64,000 nt of DNA from Camelus dromedarius (lineage: Eukaryota). The notes beneath the pieces are model-generated. The model was not told where the DNA came from. It saw only the letters and a program-made list of their open reading frames with translations, and searched no databases. Positions within the stretch are counted from its first letter, which is position 1. Every line of letters begins with the position of its first letter. Below are positions 1 to 13,945 of the stretch, piece by piece. Both the position numbers and the translations under genes were made by a program. Location of the stretch: NCBI RefSeq assembly GCF_036321535.1, contig NC_087436.1:50780001-50844000 (forward strand). Reading direction: 5' to 3'.

Positions 1-514
1 TCAGTTTATTTATTCAAACATTTTTAAGGGATAAACGAAGCTTTTTTTAAAAGAGTATTTTTATTTTGGTGCTTGGCATTATGTTATACTTCCCCTTTGT
101 TTATAAGGAACCATGTTTTAACTGCCTTGCCTTACCCACAATGTTAAGAGGAAATGCAACAAACTGGAAATAAAAGCAAAACTAGAGAAAAAAATTGGTA
201 TCTGTAAATTAATAACAAATGGTAAAACTATTTAAAAATAATCTTCGATAATACTTTGTGGTGCTGAAAACAAGCAGTATATAGAATTGCCTAATAGAAA
301 ATTCCTAGAGACTTTCTAAGGTATAATTTTCTTAGGTATTAACAAATCTGTTCAAACTAATTTACTTTGATAACTTAGTACTACTCATTTTATGCCTAGC
401 ATAGCAACGATCTGCCTGATATTTGACTTCTAGCCTCCAACTCTAAAATATCCTATACAAGGCTTTAAAAACAGTTGTTCTAAATGAAGGGTGTTTTTTT
501 GTTTTTGTTTTTGT

Positions 515-925
515 TTTTTGACAGACTTTATTTTTTAGAGAAGTTCTAGGTTTACAGAAAAATTGGGCAGGAAATATAGAGTTCCCATATGTTACTGTAT
601 ACACACATATATACACTCAGTTTCTCCTATTATTAACATCTTGCATTAGTGTGGCACACTTGTTACAGTTGATAAACCAACATTGATTCATTACTATTAA
701 CTGAAGTCCATAGTTTACATTAGGGTTTACTCCTTCTGTTGTACAGTTCTGTAGGTTTTGACAAACACATAATGTCATGTGTCCAGTGTTATAGTGTCGT
801 ACAGAATAGTTTCACGGCCCTAAAAATGCCCTGTGTTCTACCTGTTCACCCCTACTCCCCTCCCACCCCCACCCCAAACCCCTGGCAAAAACTGATCTTT
901 GTATTATCTCTATAATTTGGCCTTT
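515..925 (-). mobile_element. L1 3' end fragment (L1MC/L1MD-like)
   Basis: AGACTTTATTTTTTAGAG...TAGGTTTACAGAAAAATTG, typical antisense L1M 3' UTR. Confidence 0.8.
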
Positions 926-1374
926 TAAATGAATTTTCTACTGTCCTTTAAAACCTCTGTCTCTGGAATAGATCCATATATGTTAAAAAAGCAAGTTGTG
1001 GAAAATATGTATAGTATCCTATTATAAATTTTTAAAACTATACACATACACACATTTGATTGTGCATAGGAAATTTCTGGAAGGGGACACAGAAAAATGA
1101 CTAATTCTGTGGAAAGGAGTATGGGGAAGAGTTAATGAGGTCTTTTACTTTCTGCTTTCATTTTATTTGAATTTCTTACCATGTACGATATTATTTTATA
1201 ATTTAAAATACTTTAATTGTAAAGCTAAAATCTCTGGATGAAGATTTTTTCCCAGATATGAAAGCACTGGAACAACAAAGGAAAGACCCTAGAAATTTTA
1301 AAATTATTTGGTTAGATATTTAGTTGTTTGTATGTTTTTGTCTCTGTTCCCCATGCCATTTCCCATGACTAGAA

Positions 1375-1470
1375 AAGTTCACAAAGATTTTTATCTGTCT
1401 TGTTCACTGATGAATCCTTAGTGCCTGGCACTTGGTAGGTGCTCAGTAAAAATTTGTTTAATGAATAATT
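1375..1470 (+). mobile_element. L2 3' end fragment
   Basis: AGTGCCTGGCACTTGGTAGGTGCTCAGTAAAAATTTGTTTAATGAAT. Confidence 0.75.
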
Positions 1471-2234
1471 GAATTTTTAAAATATTAACTTGTTTTTTTT
1501 TAATTAAATATCTGCTCCTATAATTCTGCTTCAGTTGGCATATGTTGTTTTACTTTGTTGTGTTATATAGTGATTATACTCCTCAGCTGTCTAGGTATTT
1601 TGGTCCACAAGCTCATACTCTCTACCGCTCTTTCTGGTAATGGATGTGGAGGATGAGCAAAAGGGCAGACCCTAGTTCCCTTCCCACAAATTTAAGGAAC
1701 AGAGAGCAGAGGACTCCAGGCACCACAGAAGAGTTTAGTGCTCTCTGTTGGCTCCTGTTTCACTGGACAACTCATCTAGCAAGAATTTGCCTTGAAACTC
1801 ATAATCCAGCAGCAGAAGTCTGTTGTAATCCACCGAAATCCTGGAGGTTTGGGGAAGGAGTGGTGAAGTGAAGGTCCACTGCTCTAGAGTATCTGGTCAG
1901 CCCGCACCATTTTTTTTTAATCAGCAACTCACTTTAACAGACCCTTTATATTATCCTACACTAGGAAGCCTGATCTATTGCTGATGATTTCTGTAGTCAT
2001 CAGTTGTCTGGCACTGATTGTCCCAAAGTAGGCCGTTTGGTGGGGGAGCAGCAGGAACAATACTGAACAACTTACTCTGACCCTAACAAGGGTTTCCTTA
2101 CAGTTTTTGATTTTACTTCTCCAGCCCTTGCTTCCTGTTTCTGTACTTAGCCAGGGTTAATTTGGAGAGTGGAAGCCAACAGCCCTTGATCTCTATTTCC
2201 TCAGGAACCATACATAAGAAAACCACTGTAAAAA

Positions 2235-2670
2235 CACAGATAGGTTAAAAGTAAAAGAATGGACAGAGATTTTATTATGCTAATACTAATCAAAAGAAAA
2301 CTACAGTTGCTATATTCAGGCAAAACAGACTTCAGAACAAGGAAAATTATCAGGGATAGAAAGGGGCATTACATAACGACAAAGAGGTCAATTCGCCGAA
2401 AAGATGTAACAACCTTTAATGTGTGTAGGTCTAACAACAGACCATTAAGGCAGCAAAGACAAAAATGGATAGAACTGCAAGGAGAAACAGGCAAATCCAC
2501 TATTTTAGCTGGAGGCTTAATCAGCCCTCTTTCAGTAATTGATAGATCTAGCAGACAGAAAATCAGTGAGGATATAGTTAAACTCTGTAGTACCGTCAAT
2601 CAACTGGATCTAATTGACATTTACAGAATACTTCACCCAAGAACAGCAGAATACACATTCTGCTCAAAAA
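2235..2670 (+). mobile_element. L1 ORF2 endonuclease-domain fragment
   Basis: ORF 2259-2699 carries IIRDRKGHYI, PLSVIDRSSRQKIS, LDLIDIYRILHP and AEYTF, L1 ORF2 endonuclease motifs. Confidence 0.9.
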
Positions 2671-2769
2671 AGGTAGGCATTTGTCAGTATAAGAAATAAA
2701 ACTTGTATGCAAAAACTTTAACGTAGTTAAAGTTAATAGATATACAATAAATTTTTTAAAATATTTACA

Positions 2770-4450
2770 ATGAGGTTTAACATCTACAATATTAAAAGAG
2801 CTCTTAGAAATTCATGTCAAGGGAACAAGCAATTCAACAGAAAAGTGGGTGGGCTGGGAATATGAATTCAGCAAAGTGTAAATCCAAATGTGAAAAGATG
2901 CTCAAAATCAGAAGAAATCAGGCAAATGCAAATTAAAATAATGAACTGCCAATTAGGCCTACCTAACAGATTGGCACACCATTTTTTTTATTCAACTCAT
3001 GTTTAAGCGCCTATTGTGTGACAGACACTGAGCTGAGCACACATCTAATTTAGTACTCACCAGAGCATTGTGAAGCAGATCTTATCCCGGTTTTACAATT
3101 GAAGAAAGGATCAAATAAGTAAACTGACTTGTCAAAAGTCACATAAAGGAAACTGGGGAATTCACTCCACTGGAACTGTTTTTCATTTTCTTCCCTTTTT
3201 GAGGAGTCATTCATTCAGACGGTATGTGTGGGTGTGCATCTAGATAGATAGATAGGTATTTATGTTTTGAGTTAGTGTCCCCCACATATCTCCCTTCCAC
3301 CCACTTCCCATGCCAATGCCACCCATCTCACAACTATTCTTATTAGTTTCTCATGTATCTTCCCAGAGCTTTTCTATATAAACACAAGTTTATTTCATTC
3401 TCCTTTTTTTTAAAGCAAAGGTTATCATAATATGCACTATGTTCCACAACTCAACTTAGAGTTCTGTAAGTAGCTCTGTAATGAGAGTCCTTATCCTTCA
3501 ACAGCTTCATAGTATTCCACTACAAAAATGCCAGAAATTATTTTACGAGCTCTTATGATGGACATTTGCATTGTTTTCAGTCTTTTGCTTTTAAAAACAA
3601 TGTGGTAATGAATAATACTGTGTATAATTTTGTCTCACACGTACAAGATTTCTCAGAAAGAAGATTGCTAGGTCAAGAGGGATGTGTGATGTGTGATTTG
3701 GACAGATAATGCCAAATTTGCCTCTGTAAGTGTTATATAAACAAGTAAGAGTGCCCCCCACAACATGTCATTAGAGTACGTTATCAAAACTTTTGGATTT
3801 GGGACTAAGTGAAAATTTTTAATCTTAGTATAGTTTTATTGTGCATTTCTCCTATTCTAAGTGAAGTGAAACATCTTTTCAGATTGGGCAAAATGTTAAA
3901 TAACCAATAACACCTACTGCTGGTAGGGATCCAAGTAAAAGGGTATTAAACATTGCTGGTTTAAATGTGAACTTTTTCAACCTATTTGCAAAACAGTCTG
4001 GCAACCTGTGTTAAAATTTTTTAAACTACAGATATGATTTGTCTTAGCTGTATCATTCTTGGGAATCTGTCTTACAGAAATAAATACATAAGGATCTATC
4101 TATAAGAGTATTCATTGCAGCATCATCCATAGTAGCAAAAAACAAGTAACAAAGTATAAGCTCATTAATAGGAAAATGGCTGAGTGGATTACAGTTTATG
4201 CATCCTATCAAAAGGAATAAAATAAAACAATATGAGTTGAATTGTGATTTCCACTAGATACTATGCTAATGAGAAAAAACAAGATAAAGAAAAGTGTGTA
4301 TAATATGATCCCAGTCTATAAAACATCATCATCAACACACATAAATGTTTGCATATTTGTGTGTGCATGTTTACACTGAAAATATTTTTATTTGTAAATA
4401 TATACACACATGTGTATTTGTATATAATTATATGGAGGAAATAATGGAAA
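2770..4450. mobile_element. Old L1ME fragments in both orientations, with a MIR at ~2990-3170
   Basis: AAATGCAAATTAAAATAATGA, GATGGACATTTGCATTGTTTTCAG; MIR core TGACTTGTCAAAAGTCACA. Confidence 0.65.
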
Positions 4451-4464
4451 ATAAATATTACTTG

Positions 4465-5400
4465 GGATATAGGTTTGGTTGCTTTAAGGGCAAAATAATA
4501 ATGACTTAAACAAAATGGAAGTTTATTTTTTTCTCTTCTGAAACAGTCCAGGAATAATCAGTTCAAGACTGACAGCGCAGCCTCAGGTGTTCAGGGCCCA
4601 GGCTCCCTCTGGCTGGTTAATCTGCTGCACTCAATATGTGGCTTCTGTTTCATGGCCCAAGATGGCTGTTCCAGCTCCTGATACATCTGGGAATGGGAAA
4701 TGGAAAAACAGCATACCTCTTCTTTTTAAGGGCATGTCACAGAAGTTTTAGTCATCATTTCCACTTACAGTCCATGGACCAAAATGTAGTCACGTCGCTG
4801 CAGCTCCAGTGGTGGCTCGGAAGTATAGTCCTTGCCTGTGTAACACTGTACCAAGCTAAAAACTTGGGAGTTCTGGTAATAAAGGAAGAATAGAGAAAGG
4901 AGCATTAGCAACAATAGCAGCCTCTGGCACAGCAGACTAGATTAACAGGTGAGCTAGGTAACGAAGGAAAGGGGGCATCTTCCCCCCACAGTTATCTGTT
5001 CCTGCATTACAAATCCACCACAACATTTAATGGCTTACAACAATAATGATTTATTATTTCTCACCATGCTGTTTTGGCTAGAACGTTTTCTGCTGTTTTT
5101 CTCTGGATTCATTCACATAGCCCCCTTCACATGGTCTTTCATCCCAGTCTTACGCAGCATAGTGGCCCAGTGTCCCAAAAGGGGAAAAAAGAAGCTGCAA
5201 AGCCTCTCTAAATCTCTTCCAGAGAAGTTGCCCAAAGTCACTTCTACTGCATTCTGTGGCCGGATAAGTTGCAAGGCTAGCCTAGATTTAAGATGTGGGG
5301 AAATAAACTATCTTTTGATAAACTGGCAAAGGCACATTGCAAAGAGGCATAAAGAAAGGAGGCATGATTCATTGGGATCAAATATTACAGCAATCTAACG
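4465..5400. mobile_element. Two MaLR LTR remnants (MLT1J/K-like ~4465-4925; MLT1H/G-like ~4990-5400)
   Basis: GACTTAAACAAAATGGAAGTTTATTT, CAAGATGGCTG, GTCACTTCTACTGCATTCTGTGGCC motifs. Subfamily by eye. Confidence 0.65.
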
Positions 5401-5779
5401 TGTAATATTTACACTTACATGTAATATGTATGTCAATTTTTATATTTGTCCATACATTCAAAGAAATATAAGTAAAAATAATTAAACAAGTTCATGGTGA
5501 GCAGATACAAATATGACCATGTCACTCTCTTCCTTATTATTGCCTTACAGAATAAAACCCATGTCCTTTAGCCCATACTATTTCTACTATATTACATTAT
5601 CTCCCAAGATATATAATAAAAATCAGGCAGGAAGATAAATCATTTCTAGCTGAAGTAGTTGGGCTTCACACAAGTTGTGGAATCTGAACTAGGCCTGGAA
5701 GGAAAAAGTACTTGAATTGATGGAAGGGGCAAGGAGGCATAAGCCAGTAGTTCCCAAACTTACTAGGACCACCCTTTAA

Positions 5780-6570
5780 AAAAATACAGCATACTGCAGA
5801 AATAAGTGAAGTTATTTATCATAAAGTAAAAGTTCCCCTGTATCTACCACCCAGGAAATAGAATATCACCTGTTACATGGAAATCCTCTGATGTGACCTC
5901 TCAGTAACTGCCCTGCCCCTCCTCTCTAAGTGAACCACTCTTACTAACTTCCACCATAGATTAGTTTTGGCTGATTTTGAATCTTACATGAATGAGATTA
6001 AATGTATATTTCACCATTATATTTGTGAGAGTCATCTGTGTTGTTTGTAAAGTAGTTTGTTCATATCCATTGCTATATTCCATTATAAGGATAAACTACA
6101 TATTTATCCATTCTATTGTGGATATTTGGGTTATTTCTACTTTGGGGCTATTAACCAATAATGGGGCCACAAGCATTCTTTTATATGTCTTTTGCTGTAC
6201 ATGGGCAGACATTTCTATTGAGAGGTAGGATTAAATTTTGTAAAGAATGGCAGTTTTCCAAAGTTATTTATATCCTCACCAGCAGTAAAAGTTTCACGTT
6301 CTCCACACCCTGGGCAGCAGTTGGTATTGTCAGTCTGTTTACTTTAGCCATTCTGATGGGTGTATAGTAGTATCTCATTTGGCATTAATTTGCATTTTCC
6401 CAATGACTATTGAGGTTGAGCATCATTTTATGTTATTTGCCACTTGGAGAGCCTCTTTTTTGAAGTGCTTGTTCAAGTCACTAACCCATATTTCTGTTGA
6501 GTTGTCAATCTTTTTCTTATTAAATTTTAGGACTTCTTAATACATTCTGGATACGAGTTCTTGGTCAAAT
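5780..6570 (-). mobile_element. L1M fragment (3' ORF2/UTR, antisense)
   Basis: TAATTTGCATTTTCCCAATGACTATTGAGGTTGAGCATC and neighbouring L1 signatures. Confidence 0.8.
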
Positions 6571-6934
6571 ATACCCCACAGTGGTAGAGACCGCATGATG
6601 GTATATAACCATCAGAGACAAGGTAGGCACAATTACCATAGTAAACCAAAGAAGACAGTGTTAACCAGAGTGTTTTGACCCACAGGGAGAAGTGATAATG
6701 GATGGCTAAATGATCATGAGGTCCCTAGAAATGAAAGAGATTAACCTATTAAGGTGCTGCTTGACATCTATATAGGTGGAAGAATTCTGTAATGTAAACC
6801 AACTTGTGTTGAATTTGAAGCATCCCATCCAGTTCACAGACTTGGTACTTCTTGATGATGGGGAGAGATTTGATCCCTTTGAGGAAGAACCCTGCAATGC
6901 AGCCACAGCAGTACAACCATGAATGAGTCCTAAT

Positions 6935-7087
6935 CCAGTGGTTCCCAACCTTGTCTGCACATAAGAACACCTTAGAATTCTAACGCCCACCCCAAGCCAA
7001 TTAACTCAACTTCTGGGACGATACCTAGGCATTTGTATTTTTTACTCCCCAGGTAACTCCAGTGAGCAAATTAGGGAATCAGTGCCT
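6935..7087. mobile_element. MER5A-like hAT MITE inside the ERV-L
   Basis: Ends CAGTGGTTCCCAACC ... TAGGGAATCAGTG; internal CTAGGCATTTGTATTTTT. Confidence 0.75.
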
Positions 7088-9975
7088 TAATTCTTCTCCA
7101 GTGGCCATTTATTGGTTAGAATAGGGGGCCTAAGAAAGTCAAATGACAGATGGAGTCTTGGGCTGAGTCTGGCTAACACTGAGCCCAGAGAGACCCATAC
7201 TGAGGTTAGTTCTCCAGTCCCAGATGTATAGTAAGAATAAATATATTTTAATAGCTGAAGCAACCTTCATTTTGGTTTCCTGACCAATGAATGGAGTGAG
7301 TGTTATGGTAGGAAGGACTACTTGGAAGTTCAGAACTGCTTGTCTACCACTCCCTCCCAAGACAGTGAAAGAAATTAGCACCACCATGCTGGCATGATGA
7401 TTCATATCCTATTCCCATTTTAATTCCCTATGTGGTCACCAGATGGGTCATAGAGATGGTAGTGTAAAAAACAGATGGATAGTGAAGAATGACAGTGGAT
7501 TATTGCAAAGCTTAATCAGGTGCGGGGGGATGCCAGTTGTAGTTGTGGTATCCAAGTGTGGTATCTTCATTGGAAGAAATTAATATGGACTTTGACATGA
7601 TATACAGGTATTGATCTGGAAATGTGCCTCGCCCCCACCCCTACCCCATTCCAATCAATAAAGAAAATCAGAAGCAGATTGCATTTAAACGGAAGGGACA
7701 ACAGTAAATCCTAACTGTCTTGTCTCAAAGCTATGTCAACTTTACTGTTGTCTCTTATATGAAGGGACCTTGATTAGCTCACTGTGCCATAGGGTGTCAC
7801 ACTGGTCTATTATAGCAAAGAAATTATATTAAATGAACCTAGTGTACAAGGAGTAGCAAGCATTCTGCATATTTTGGTAAGACATATGCATGCCAGAAGA
7901 TGCAAGATAAACCCTGCAAAACTTCCAGGACCTGCCGTAAGTTTCGAGAGCTGCAGTGGCCTAAGACACATTAGGATATCCTTTCAGGTAAGTGATGGGT
8001 CGTTGTGTTTTCTACCACTACCACAAAGGAAAAGGAGAAAATGTGTAACAGGCCTTTCTGGGTTCTGGAGGCAACAAAATATAGGTTAGAGCAGGTCACC
8101 CTGCACCCTGCTGTTTCCTGGGTAACTATAAGACTACTAGTTTTGAGTGGGGCCCAGAGCAAACTGTCTTGCCAGTTGGGCCTCATGATTGGGCAGATCC
8201 AGTGGTATTGGAAGTTCATGTGGTAGAGATGTTACATGAAACCTTGGATATGCTCCAGTAGGACAATTACAGCATAGACCCTTTGGTTTTGGAATAAGGA
8301 TGTATCTTCCTCAGCAAACAGCATTTAATTTTGTTTCTTTGAACATTTTGTTTTCAAAAAAAAAAAAAAAAACCATTTTGTCTTGTTTATTTGAAAAGCA
8401 GCTCCTGCTACCTGGTAGAGATGGAACACCTAACCATAGGACATCAAATGACCATGTGAATAATAAAACCGCCCATCGTGAACTGGTGTTATCCGGTTCG
8501 CCAAATCATACAGCTGGATGAGCACAGCAGCAGCCCATCCCTGTGAGACTGGGCACACGGCCACAAGTCAACCAGATGCAGGTGACTCAGACTCCTATAG
8601 CCCCTGCCCCTGAAGTCCTTCAGCACTTCTCCCCCAGCCCACATACGCTGGCTTCATAAGGAGTTCCCTCTGACCAGTTAACGGCAGAGAAAGAAGTGTG
8701 AGTCCTGTTCATTCACGAAAGGATGTGCAGTGGGCAGGCAATAGCTGGATGTGAGTGGTCATGACACACCCCACCACTCTTTAGTGGCCCTGACATGTAA
8801 TAGTAAAGGGAAATCCTTCCATGGGGAAGAAGTTTAGGAGATGCAGCCTGAGGTAAGGGTATACACTGGTTCACTGTCAGTGCCTTATGAGTTGACAGGC
8901 TAGACAGGAACTTGGGGAGAACAAATTGGAAAACTGGTTCCATTTATGAGGCCAGCGGGGATACAACGACCTATAAATTGGGGTAGTGACCTAAAGAATG
9001 AAGTATATGCCTAAAATCAGTAATCAATATATACTACCACCTTCCCCAAAAGGTATGCAAAGTGGAGATGAGAGTAGTCCCTCTATTGTCAGTATGACTG
9101 ATTTTGTAAAAAAAAAAAAAAAAAATACCTATGGCATGTTTTCCAAACTTGGTGAAAAGCATAAAGTTAACAAATCCACAAAGCTGAGTAAATCACAAGC
9201 AGGAAAATTATAATGAAAGTTACACCTATGTATGTTATAGTCAAACTGATAAAACTAAGAAAAACAACTTAAAAGCAGAGAAATTATACATTATACACAG
9301 GAGGGCAATTATATTAATTTTTTTAAATAAGCTTTTAAATGGAAACACAATAGACGTATAGAAAAATGCACAAATATAATTGTTCAGCACAACTTGCCAC
9401 AAAGTGAAGATAACTGTGTAATCACCACCCACATCAGTAACTTTGCCCCTGCTTAGTCATTACTCTTCTTCTTTCCCAAAGGTAATCACTATCCTGAATT
9501 CTAACACCAAAGATTAGCTTTGACAATGGTTAACATGTATATGAATTGAATGTATAATGTATTCTTCTGGTGTCTGGCTTCCTTTATCATTGTTTGTGAG
9601 ATCCATCCATGTTGTTACCTGGAGCAGTTGTTCATTCATTTACATTGCTGTATAGTATTCTACTTTGTGAATATGCCATATTTATTTATCCATTCTACTG
9701 CTGATAGATATTGGAGATGTTTCCCCTTTTTTGGCTATTTTGAGGAGAGCTGCAATGAACATTTTTGTGTATGTCTTTTGGTGTACGTATGTATGCACTT
9801 GTGTTGGGTTCTCTTATTATGCTTAATAACCCACTTGAAGAATTTTTTGGTCCCTGAAACTTTGGACTTAGTGGTTTTGGAGGTTTTAGTAATCAAGGGA
9901 GGAATGCTTCCTAGGAAACATGGTTTCAGTGAATTAGAAGTAGATACTGCTTGCTGGCAAGTTTGGGCTTTTTCT

Positions 9976-10218
9976 TTTTCTTTTTTTTTTTTTCTTTTTT
10001 TAAATTTTATTGAGTTATAGTCAGTTTACAATGTTGTGTGTATTTCCGGTGTAGAGCACAATTTTTCAGTCATACATGAATATACATATATTCATTTTCA
10101 TATTCCTTTTCACTGTGAGCTACCATAAGATCTTGTATACATTTCCCTGTGCTATACAGTATAAACTTGTTTATCTATTCTATATATACCTGTCAGTATC
10201 TACCAATTTTGAACTAAA
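9976..10218 (-). mobile_element. Young 5'-truncated lineage-specific L1 3' end with 14-bp TSD
   Basis: Poly(T) head; TSD TTTGGGCTTTTTCT at 9962-9975 and 10219-10232; same family as 51649-52049. Confidence 0.85.
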
Positions 10219-10307
10219 TTTGGGCTTTTTCTATCAATAACCAACAGAAAGAGAAGGGGATCACTACTGGCAGGGGTGAAAGATCCTTTTAGACAGGGAG
10301 AAATTGG

Positions 10308-10416
10308 GGGTTGGGTAGGTACAGCCCAGTGGTAGAGTGCAGTACTTAGTATACATGAGGTCTTGGGTTCAATCCCCAGAACCTCCATTAAAAAATAATA
10401 AAATAAAATAAATGGG
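10308..10416 (+). mobile_element. tRNA-derived SINE (vic-1-like, camelid)
   Basis: A box (AGCCCAGTGGTAGAG), B box (GGTTCAATCCC), (AAAAT)n tail; TSD GAAATTGG at 10300 and 10417. Confidence 0.85.
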
Positions 10417-10829
10417 GAAATTGGATTGCTGCTACACAGTGAAGTAAATAGGACTATATATGGAATGTATGGTATTTACCAAGATGCTTATTAGTATTCT
10501 CTTGGCCAGTAAAAAAAAAAAAAAATAGGATAACTCAGAAAGGACTTCCAGTAGGATTCATCTTATAAGAATATTTTGGTCACCCCATCTGGTAAAGAAT
10601 TCGATTTTTGCTTAGGTGCAGGCGGAGTGAGAGAAAAACCTAGAATAGGTGATGAAAGAAAGCTTATGCTTATGAACTTTGTCCTCATGACCAGCTAAAA
10701 CAGGTCTTATGAAACTATGATTATGTTTTGTTACTTGTTTCTTTTCTCCTCTACCATATATGAAGAATTCTGGGGTATGTATCTGTTTTTGGTTTCAGAT
10801 GAGAGTATAACTGAATTGACACCACCCCA

Positions 10830-11190
10830 TGATGACTTCGTAGCTGATGGGAGGAGACTGTATGGTGGAAAAGAGTGAGGTGAGCATATATATTCCCCCT
10901 GGCTCCCTCCTGTAGAGGTTGCCTTGAACTGGATGTGTCTGTCCCTTGACCAAAGGTCATTGCCTCTCTCATGTGAACTCTTCACAATTCTTTTCCTTCC
11001 AGATTTTGGTTAACTGCTTCCTCTTCTTCTTCTTCCTCTTGGGGCTTAAGAGAGGTACAGTTCCCCTGCAGTTAGCCCTGGGTTACAAGGATACAAGGAT
11101 AGTTACACACATTAGTAATTAGTCCCTCTGTAAGTAAACCTTCCTTAAATGATCCTGTTTGTTCTTTGTTTCCTGTTAGGACTCCTGACA
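10830..11190 (+). mobile_element. ERV-L LTR (LTR33-like), likely the 3' LTR of the adjacent provirus
   Basis: GAGTGAGGTGAGCATATATATTCCCCCTGGCTCCCTCC, AGTAAA poly(A)-like signal, ends TTCCTGTTAGGACTCCTGACA. Confidence 0.6.
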
Positions 11191-11194
11191 CATG

Positions 11195-13340
11195 ACCTTT
11201 TTATCTCTTGTATTAATTCCTGCCTAAAATCTACTTGTATATTAGCATAGCCACAGTCTTTTTCTGTTAGTTTTTGTGTATCTTTTCACTTTAAACTTTT
11301 CTGCATTTTAATATTTAAGATTTGTCTCTTGAAAACAGGTTAAAGGTGTATCTTTATAAATCCAAGGTGATTTGTCTCTGTCTTTCAGTTGGGATAATCA
11401 GTTCATATTTAAGGTAATTACTAATATATAGGGCTCGAAAGCTGCCATCCTACTGTTTGTCTCACATGTTCTTCACTCTTTTTCCTCTAGTTTCTTTGGG
11501 ATAAATCAGGCTTTTTTATTCCATATTTTACTTTTGATTGGCTTTTTAGTTACATGTTCTCTTACTATTCTTTAATTAATTACTCTAGAAATTAGAATGT
11601 GCATCCTTCACATCTAAAAGTCCAGTGTACATTAGCACTGTATCCACTTCTTGGACAATGTGAACACCTTAGACTACTTCATTTATCCTTGCCTCTCAAT
11701 TCATGTGTTGTTTTAAATCTGTGTAACACCATGATATATCAGCATTGCTTTGTAGTTTATATTCATTGATATTTACCCATATAGTTTTCATTTTCATTGT
11801 TCTCCATCCCTTCCAGAATCTGACAGCTTCTATCTGAGATCATCTGCTCTAAGGCAGAGATGCTGGTGATAGATTCTCAGTTTGTTTGTTTGAAAATATC
11901 TTTATACTACCTTAATTTCTGAAAGTTCTATTATTTGAATATGAACTGTAAGTTGGCGGTATTTTCTTTTAGTACTCTGAAGATAGATTCTGTTGCAAAA
12001 CAGTTGTCTTATCATCATTCGATAGAGTGATCTTTTTTATCTATGGATGCTTAACATTTTCCTCTTTTTTGGTTTTCAGCAGCTTTAATATGATGTGCCT
12101 AGGTGTGATTTTCTTTGCCTTTTTCTTAAGGTTTTTAGTGCTTCTTGAATCTGAGGCATGATGCTTTTTATTTGAGACATCTCTTGCAGTGTCACTTTGT
12201 TAGAACCTCTCACTCTTCTCCTTCTTGGTCTTAATTATACCTATATTAGACCTTTTTAAAAAACTCTATATTAAGTATCTTTTCCACTTTAAAATTTTTT
12301 TTCCATTTTTCATCCTTTTGTCTCCTTGTTAATCTGTGTATTTTCTTCTTTTTAAAAATATTTTATTAATTTATTATTTTATTTTTTTAGGGGGGGAGGG
12401 AAGTAATTAGGTTTATTTATTTATTTTTAGAGGAAGTGCTGGGGACTGAACCCAGGACCTTGTGCACGCCAGGCATGTGCTCTACCACTTGAGCTATACC
12501 CTCCCCTTCTACCATATTTTCTTTTGAATTTTCTTCCAGTTCCCTAATTTTGTCTTCTGCTCTGTATAGTTGGCTGCTGTATCCAACCACTTGGTTTTTA
12601 ATTTGTTATATGTTTCAATTATAGAATTCCATTCAGTTGTGTTTCTATTCTCTACAGACTTCTTACTCTTCTATTTTAAGTTCCTGAAAATATTAATCAC
12701 TGTATTTTAAAGTCATCATTTCATAATCCCTGTGGGTCCTGTTTCTGTGGTTTCTTCTCTGTCTTATCATATCTCACACACCCAACTATTGTTTTATATA
12801 TGCTGGATATTGTATATAAAATATTGTAGATGCATTTTGAGGCTCTGGATACCATTATTTTCTTTTTGAGAGGATTTCTTTTACTTCTATTAGGCAGCTA
12901 GACTAGGGCCATTAGCAGACTCAGCTCACTACAGTCCAGTTAGGGCCTGAGATGATTCAGTCCCTGCCAGTTCCAAGCTATCTTCAGTTCACTCTGACTC
13001 CTACGGTACAGTGCATTAGGACCTCAACTGAAAGACTGAGGTGTTTATCTCTTTCTTAGTGAGACCAGTTCCAGTTTTTCTCCCTTTCCATCGCCACTTA
13101 GGCTTGTGAGCTTGCAAAAAGCGCCATTCACCTTCTTTGTTGCTTTTTTAAGAGACAGATTCCTCCAACAGACATGCTGCAAGCACCTCTCCAGCCCACC
13201 TCCTCTACTAGATCTTGGCCCTGCAATCCTCACTGTTTTGGCAACTTTCCAATGCCTTTAAACATGTGTATTTTTGTTTTAGCTCAGCTTTTCTAGTTGT
13301 TCTCAGCAGAAACATAATCAAAACCACCTAATTCTTCATT
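11195..13340 (-). mobile_element. Old L1M 5'/ORF1-region fragment
   Basis: T-rich antisense L1 pattern, e.g. TTTTTGGTTTTCAGCAGCTTTAATATGATGTGCCTAGGTGTG. Confidence 0.7.
12350..12507 (-). mobile_element. tRNA-derived SINE (vic-1-like, camelid)
   Basis: Reverse complement GGGGAGGGTATAGCTCAAGTGGTAGAGC...CCTGGGTTCAGTCCCCAGC...AAACCTAATTACTTCCC; flanking TATTTTCTT repeats. Confidence 0.88.
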
Positions 13341-13371
13341 ACCTGCAGTGGAATTGCAGAAGACTCTTTTT

Positions 13372-13813
13372 TTTTTTTCCCATTGAGGTATAGCTGATGT
13401 TCAATATTTTATCAGTTTCAGGTTTACAACATAGTGATTCAATTTTTAAGTATTATATTCCATTTATAGTTATTATAAAATATTGGCTACATTCTCTGTG
13501 CTATACAATATATCCTTTTAGCTTATTTATTTTATACATAGTAGTTTGTACCTCTTAATCCTTTTTCCTTATCTTACCCCTCTCCTCTTCCTTCTCCCCA
13601 CTGGTAACCACTAGTTTGTTCTCTGTATCTGTGAATCTGTTTCTTTTTTGTTATATTCACTAGTTTGTTTTCTTTTTTAGATACCACATATGAGTGAAAT
13701 CATACAATATTTGTCTTTCTATGTTTGACTTATTTCACTTAGCATAGTACCAAGTCCAACCATGTTGTTGTAAATGGCAAAAATTTCATTCCTTTCATGG
13801 CTGAGTAGTATTC

Positions 13814-13850
<37 letters not shown>

Positions 13851-13945
13851 TTCTTTTTTATGGCTAAGTAGTATTCACACACATATATGTATATTCACAC
13901 ACTACATCTTAATCCATTCATCTGTTGATGAACACTTAGGTTGCA
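13372..13945 (-). mobile_element. L1 3' end (L1MA-type), with TSD and internal (TA)n(CA)n
   Basis: Poly(T) head, CCCCACTGGTAACCACTAGTTTGTTCTCTGTATCTGTG; GACTCTTTTT repeated at both ends. Confidence 0.85.

Larger units (their letters stand above)
6575..10750 (+). mobile_element. Degenerate ERV-L internal region (gag, RT, dUTPase), interrupted by later insertions
   Basis: ERV-L-like gag (TGGCTAAATGATCATGAGGTCCCTAGAAATGAAA), RT segments (CCATTCCAATCAATAAAGAAAATCAGAAGCAGATTGCATTT; peptide LVRHMHARRCKINPAKLPGPA) and dUTPase-like sequence ~9830-10470. All frames broken. Confidence 0.8.

Noticed and set aside
2259..2699. 146-aa ORF as a host gene
   Set aside because: It is a decayed L1 ORF2 endonuclease fragment.
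7874..8226. Domesticated retroviral ORF
   Set aside because: Only short pol fragments with many stops and frameshifts.
9550..10020. 156-aa hydrophobic ORF
   Set aside because: Chance read-through across antisense L1, ERV-L and poly(T) junctions.
10308..10390. tRNA gene (A and B boxes; also at 12.4 kb and 28.1 kb)
   Set aside because: A-rich tails, flanking duplications and a degenerate cloverleaf indicate SINEs.
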